DNA from: an uncultured Candidatus Saccharibacteria bacterium
Lineage (GTDB): Bacteria > Patescibacteriota > Minisyncoccia > Phycocordibacterales > CAIJYI01
Direction of reading: 5' to 3'
DNA: 51,466 bases
Assembly (NCBI GenBank): GCA_964410165.1
Contig: CAYPFT010000004.1
Location: 1 to 51,466, forward strand
Both the position numbers and the translations under genes were made by a program. This document shows positions 50,043-51,466 of the stretch, in pieces (within the stretch, counting starts at the first letter, position 1; every line of letters begins with the position of its first letter). Below the pieces are notes generated by a model. The model was not told the DNA's origin. It made no database searches and saw nothing but the letters and a program-made list of their open reading frames with translations.

Positions 50043-50366
50043 ATGCAGTTTATTTCAAAGCACAGCAAAAGTCTTTTCTACGGGGCCATCCTCGGTATCC
50101 TTACGTACTTTGTTCATAATCCTTTGTACGATTCTTGCACCTTGAGCGGCTGTAATTACGGCAGAGGCTTTCCGCTTCCGTTCTATTTTGAAAAGTTCTG
50201 TGCGCCGGGCGATGCCAACTGCATTGAAGGATATTTTTCCGGAGCGACTTTTGTTTTTGATTTGGCGTTGCTCATGCTCATATGCGCGGGGCTCGAGTCT
50301 CTCTATGGCATTTTTTTCGGAAACGGGGCCGACCCGGGTGATTCCATGTATAAAATTCGAACGTAA
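50043..50366 (+). CDS. Small 2-TM protein with Cys-rich loop
   Basis: TM-CTLSGC..GFPLPF..C..C-TM. Confidence 0.7.
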   Translation: MQFISKHSKSLFYGAILGILTYFVHNPLYDSCTLSGCNYGRGFPLPFYFEKFCAPGDANCIEGYFSGATFVFDLALLMLICAGLESLYGIFFGNGADPGDSMYKIRT

Positions 50367-50378
50367 TGAAGAGCCTCC

Positions 50379-50831
50379 ATGAATGCCTCACATACCGGCA
50401 CTATAGAAGTTATCGCGCGCGCCATAATCCTTGATGAAACGCGCTCACAAATGCTTTTTTGCGCCCCGAAAAGCGCCAAGTATTTTTATTTGCCCGGCGG
50501 GCATGTCGAGTTCGGCGAAACCGCCACTGCCGCGCTGATACGCGAAATCTACGAAGAGACGGGCGTTGATGTGAGTGAAGCGGAGTTTCGTTTCGCCGGA
50601 GCGGGAGAAAACATCTTCACTCAGGAGAACGAATCGCACCACGAACTCAACATTTACTTTGAACTCCCCGGCGTTTTTTCCGGAAACGAAGAAGTTTTGT
50701 CTGTTGAAGACGAGATACTGTTTCGATGGATACCACTTGCCGGCATCCTTCAGGCGCCGGTATTGCCGGGAGAGATTGCCCGCGCGTTGTCCGAATGGGG
50801 CGCCGCAGGATCGATTAACTGGGAAAAATGA
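50379..50831 (+). CDS. NUDIX hydrolase
   Basis: LPGGHVEFGETATAALIREIYEETG. Confidence 0.93.
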   Translation: MNASHTGTIEVIARAIILDETRSQMLFCAPKSAKYFYLPGGHVEFGETATAALIREIYEETGVDVSEAEFRFAGAGENIFTQENESHHELNIYFELPGVFSGNEEVLSVEDEILFRWIPLAGILQAPVLPGEIARALSEWGAAGSINWEK

Positions 50832-50835
50832 TCCG

Positions 50836-51405
50836 ATGAACCTGCATTTTTTACGAGAGATCAAGAAGCCGCTTATCTTCCTTGGAATTGTTTTCCTGGG
50901 TTCTTTATGGCTCGGGTATTATTCGGGGCAAATCCATAAGACAGAGGCGCTTGACCTTGTGGAAAAACTTTCAAAAGACCTCGGCGCGTTGAAGGATATA
51001 AATGCGGTCGCCATGTTTCTCTTCATCTTCGCGAACAACGCGGTAAAAGCGTTTGCCATGACAATACTCGGGACATTTTTCGGCATCGTTCCGGTACTTT
51101 TTCTTGCGGTGAACGGCTTGCTTATCGGTGTGACTTCTTCGGTTATCATCGCGGGGAAGGGGGTGGAATTCCTCTTCGTCGGCACCGCCCCTCACGGCAT
51201 CATCGAGGTTCCCGCATTTCTCATCGCCGGTGCTTACGGCCTCCGTCTCGGCCGAAAGTATTACCGCCATCTCCGCCACCGCGATCCCTTCAAACCCCTC
51301 TTCTATCGCATTATGCGCGAAATGGTAAAAATAGTCCTCCCGCTTCTCGCGGTAGCGTCATTCATAGAAACTTTCATCACATCGGCGCTTTTGCAATCGC
51401 TGTAA
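50836..51405 (+). CDS. SpoIIM/DUF95-family membrane protein
   Basis: IFANN, NG..IG, PHGIIE.PA, ASFIETFIT. Confidence 0.88.
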   Translation: MNLHFLREIKKPLIFLGIVFLGSLWLGYYSGQIHKTEALDLVEKLSKDLGALKDINAVAMFLFIFANNAVKAFAMTILGTFFGIVPVLFLAVNGLLIGVTSSVIIAGKGVEFLFVGTAPHGIIEVPAFLIAGAYGLRLGRKYYRHLRHRDPFKPLFYRIMREMVKIVLPLLAVASFIETFITSALLQSL

Positions 51406-51466
51406 TTTTATTAGGACTTACGCACCGATGAAAGATGTGGTCGGTGAGTCCGCCCTTTGGCGGTCT
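51406..51466 (+). mobile_element. Partial copy of palindromic miniature element (truncated by window end)
   Basis: TAGGACTTACGCACCGATGAAAGATGTGGTCGGTGAGTCC resembles the left ends at 26391 and 29179. Confidence 0.8.

Overview
51.5 kb bacterial chromosomal fragment. Gene content and protein styles (standalone mraY/ftsW, minor-pilin cluster, cohesin/Ig surface proteins, GYAW/GWI-repeat protein, TM-anchored Clp ATPase, no metabolic operons) suggest Patescibacteria/Parcubacteria (CPR); this is inference, as no rRNA marker is present. Housekeeping genes: pseudouridine synthase, mraY, ftsW, msrAB, ligA, gatCA, topA, dprA, serS, dus, valS, cyclophilin. The main accessory region (9.8-20.8 kb) is bracketed by two copies of a [PxKF-type C-terminal domain + small membrane protein] module. 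It holds a secreted beta-helix/LCAT-type lipase, an orphan ImmA/IrrE peptidase + 2-TM gene pair, and a Type III R-M system whose mod gene is preceded by a two-state structured RNA candidate. A modular palindromic miniature-element family with terminal inverted repeats and target duplications sits at gene 3' ends (five copies, including both window ends), and one of its hairpins also occurs in-frame inside topA. I found no rRNA, tRNA, CRISPR, transposase, integrase or reverse transcriptase. All calls are by eye; no searches or folding programs were run.
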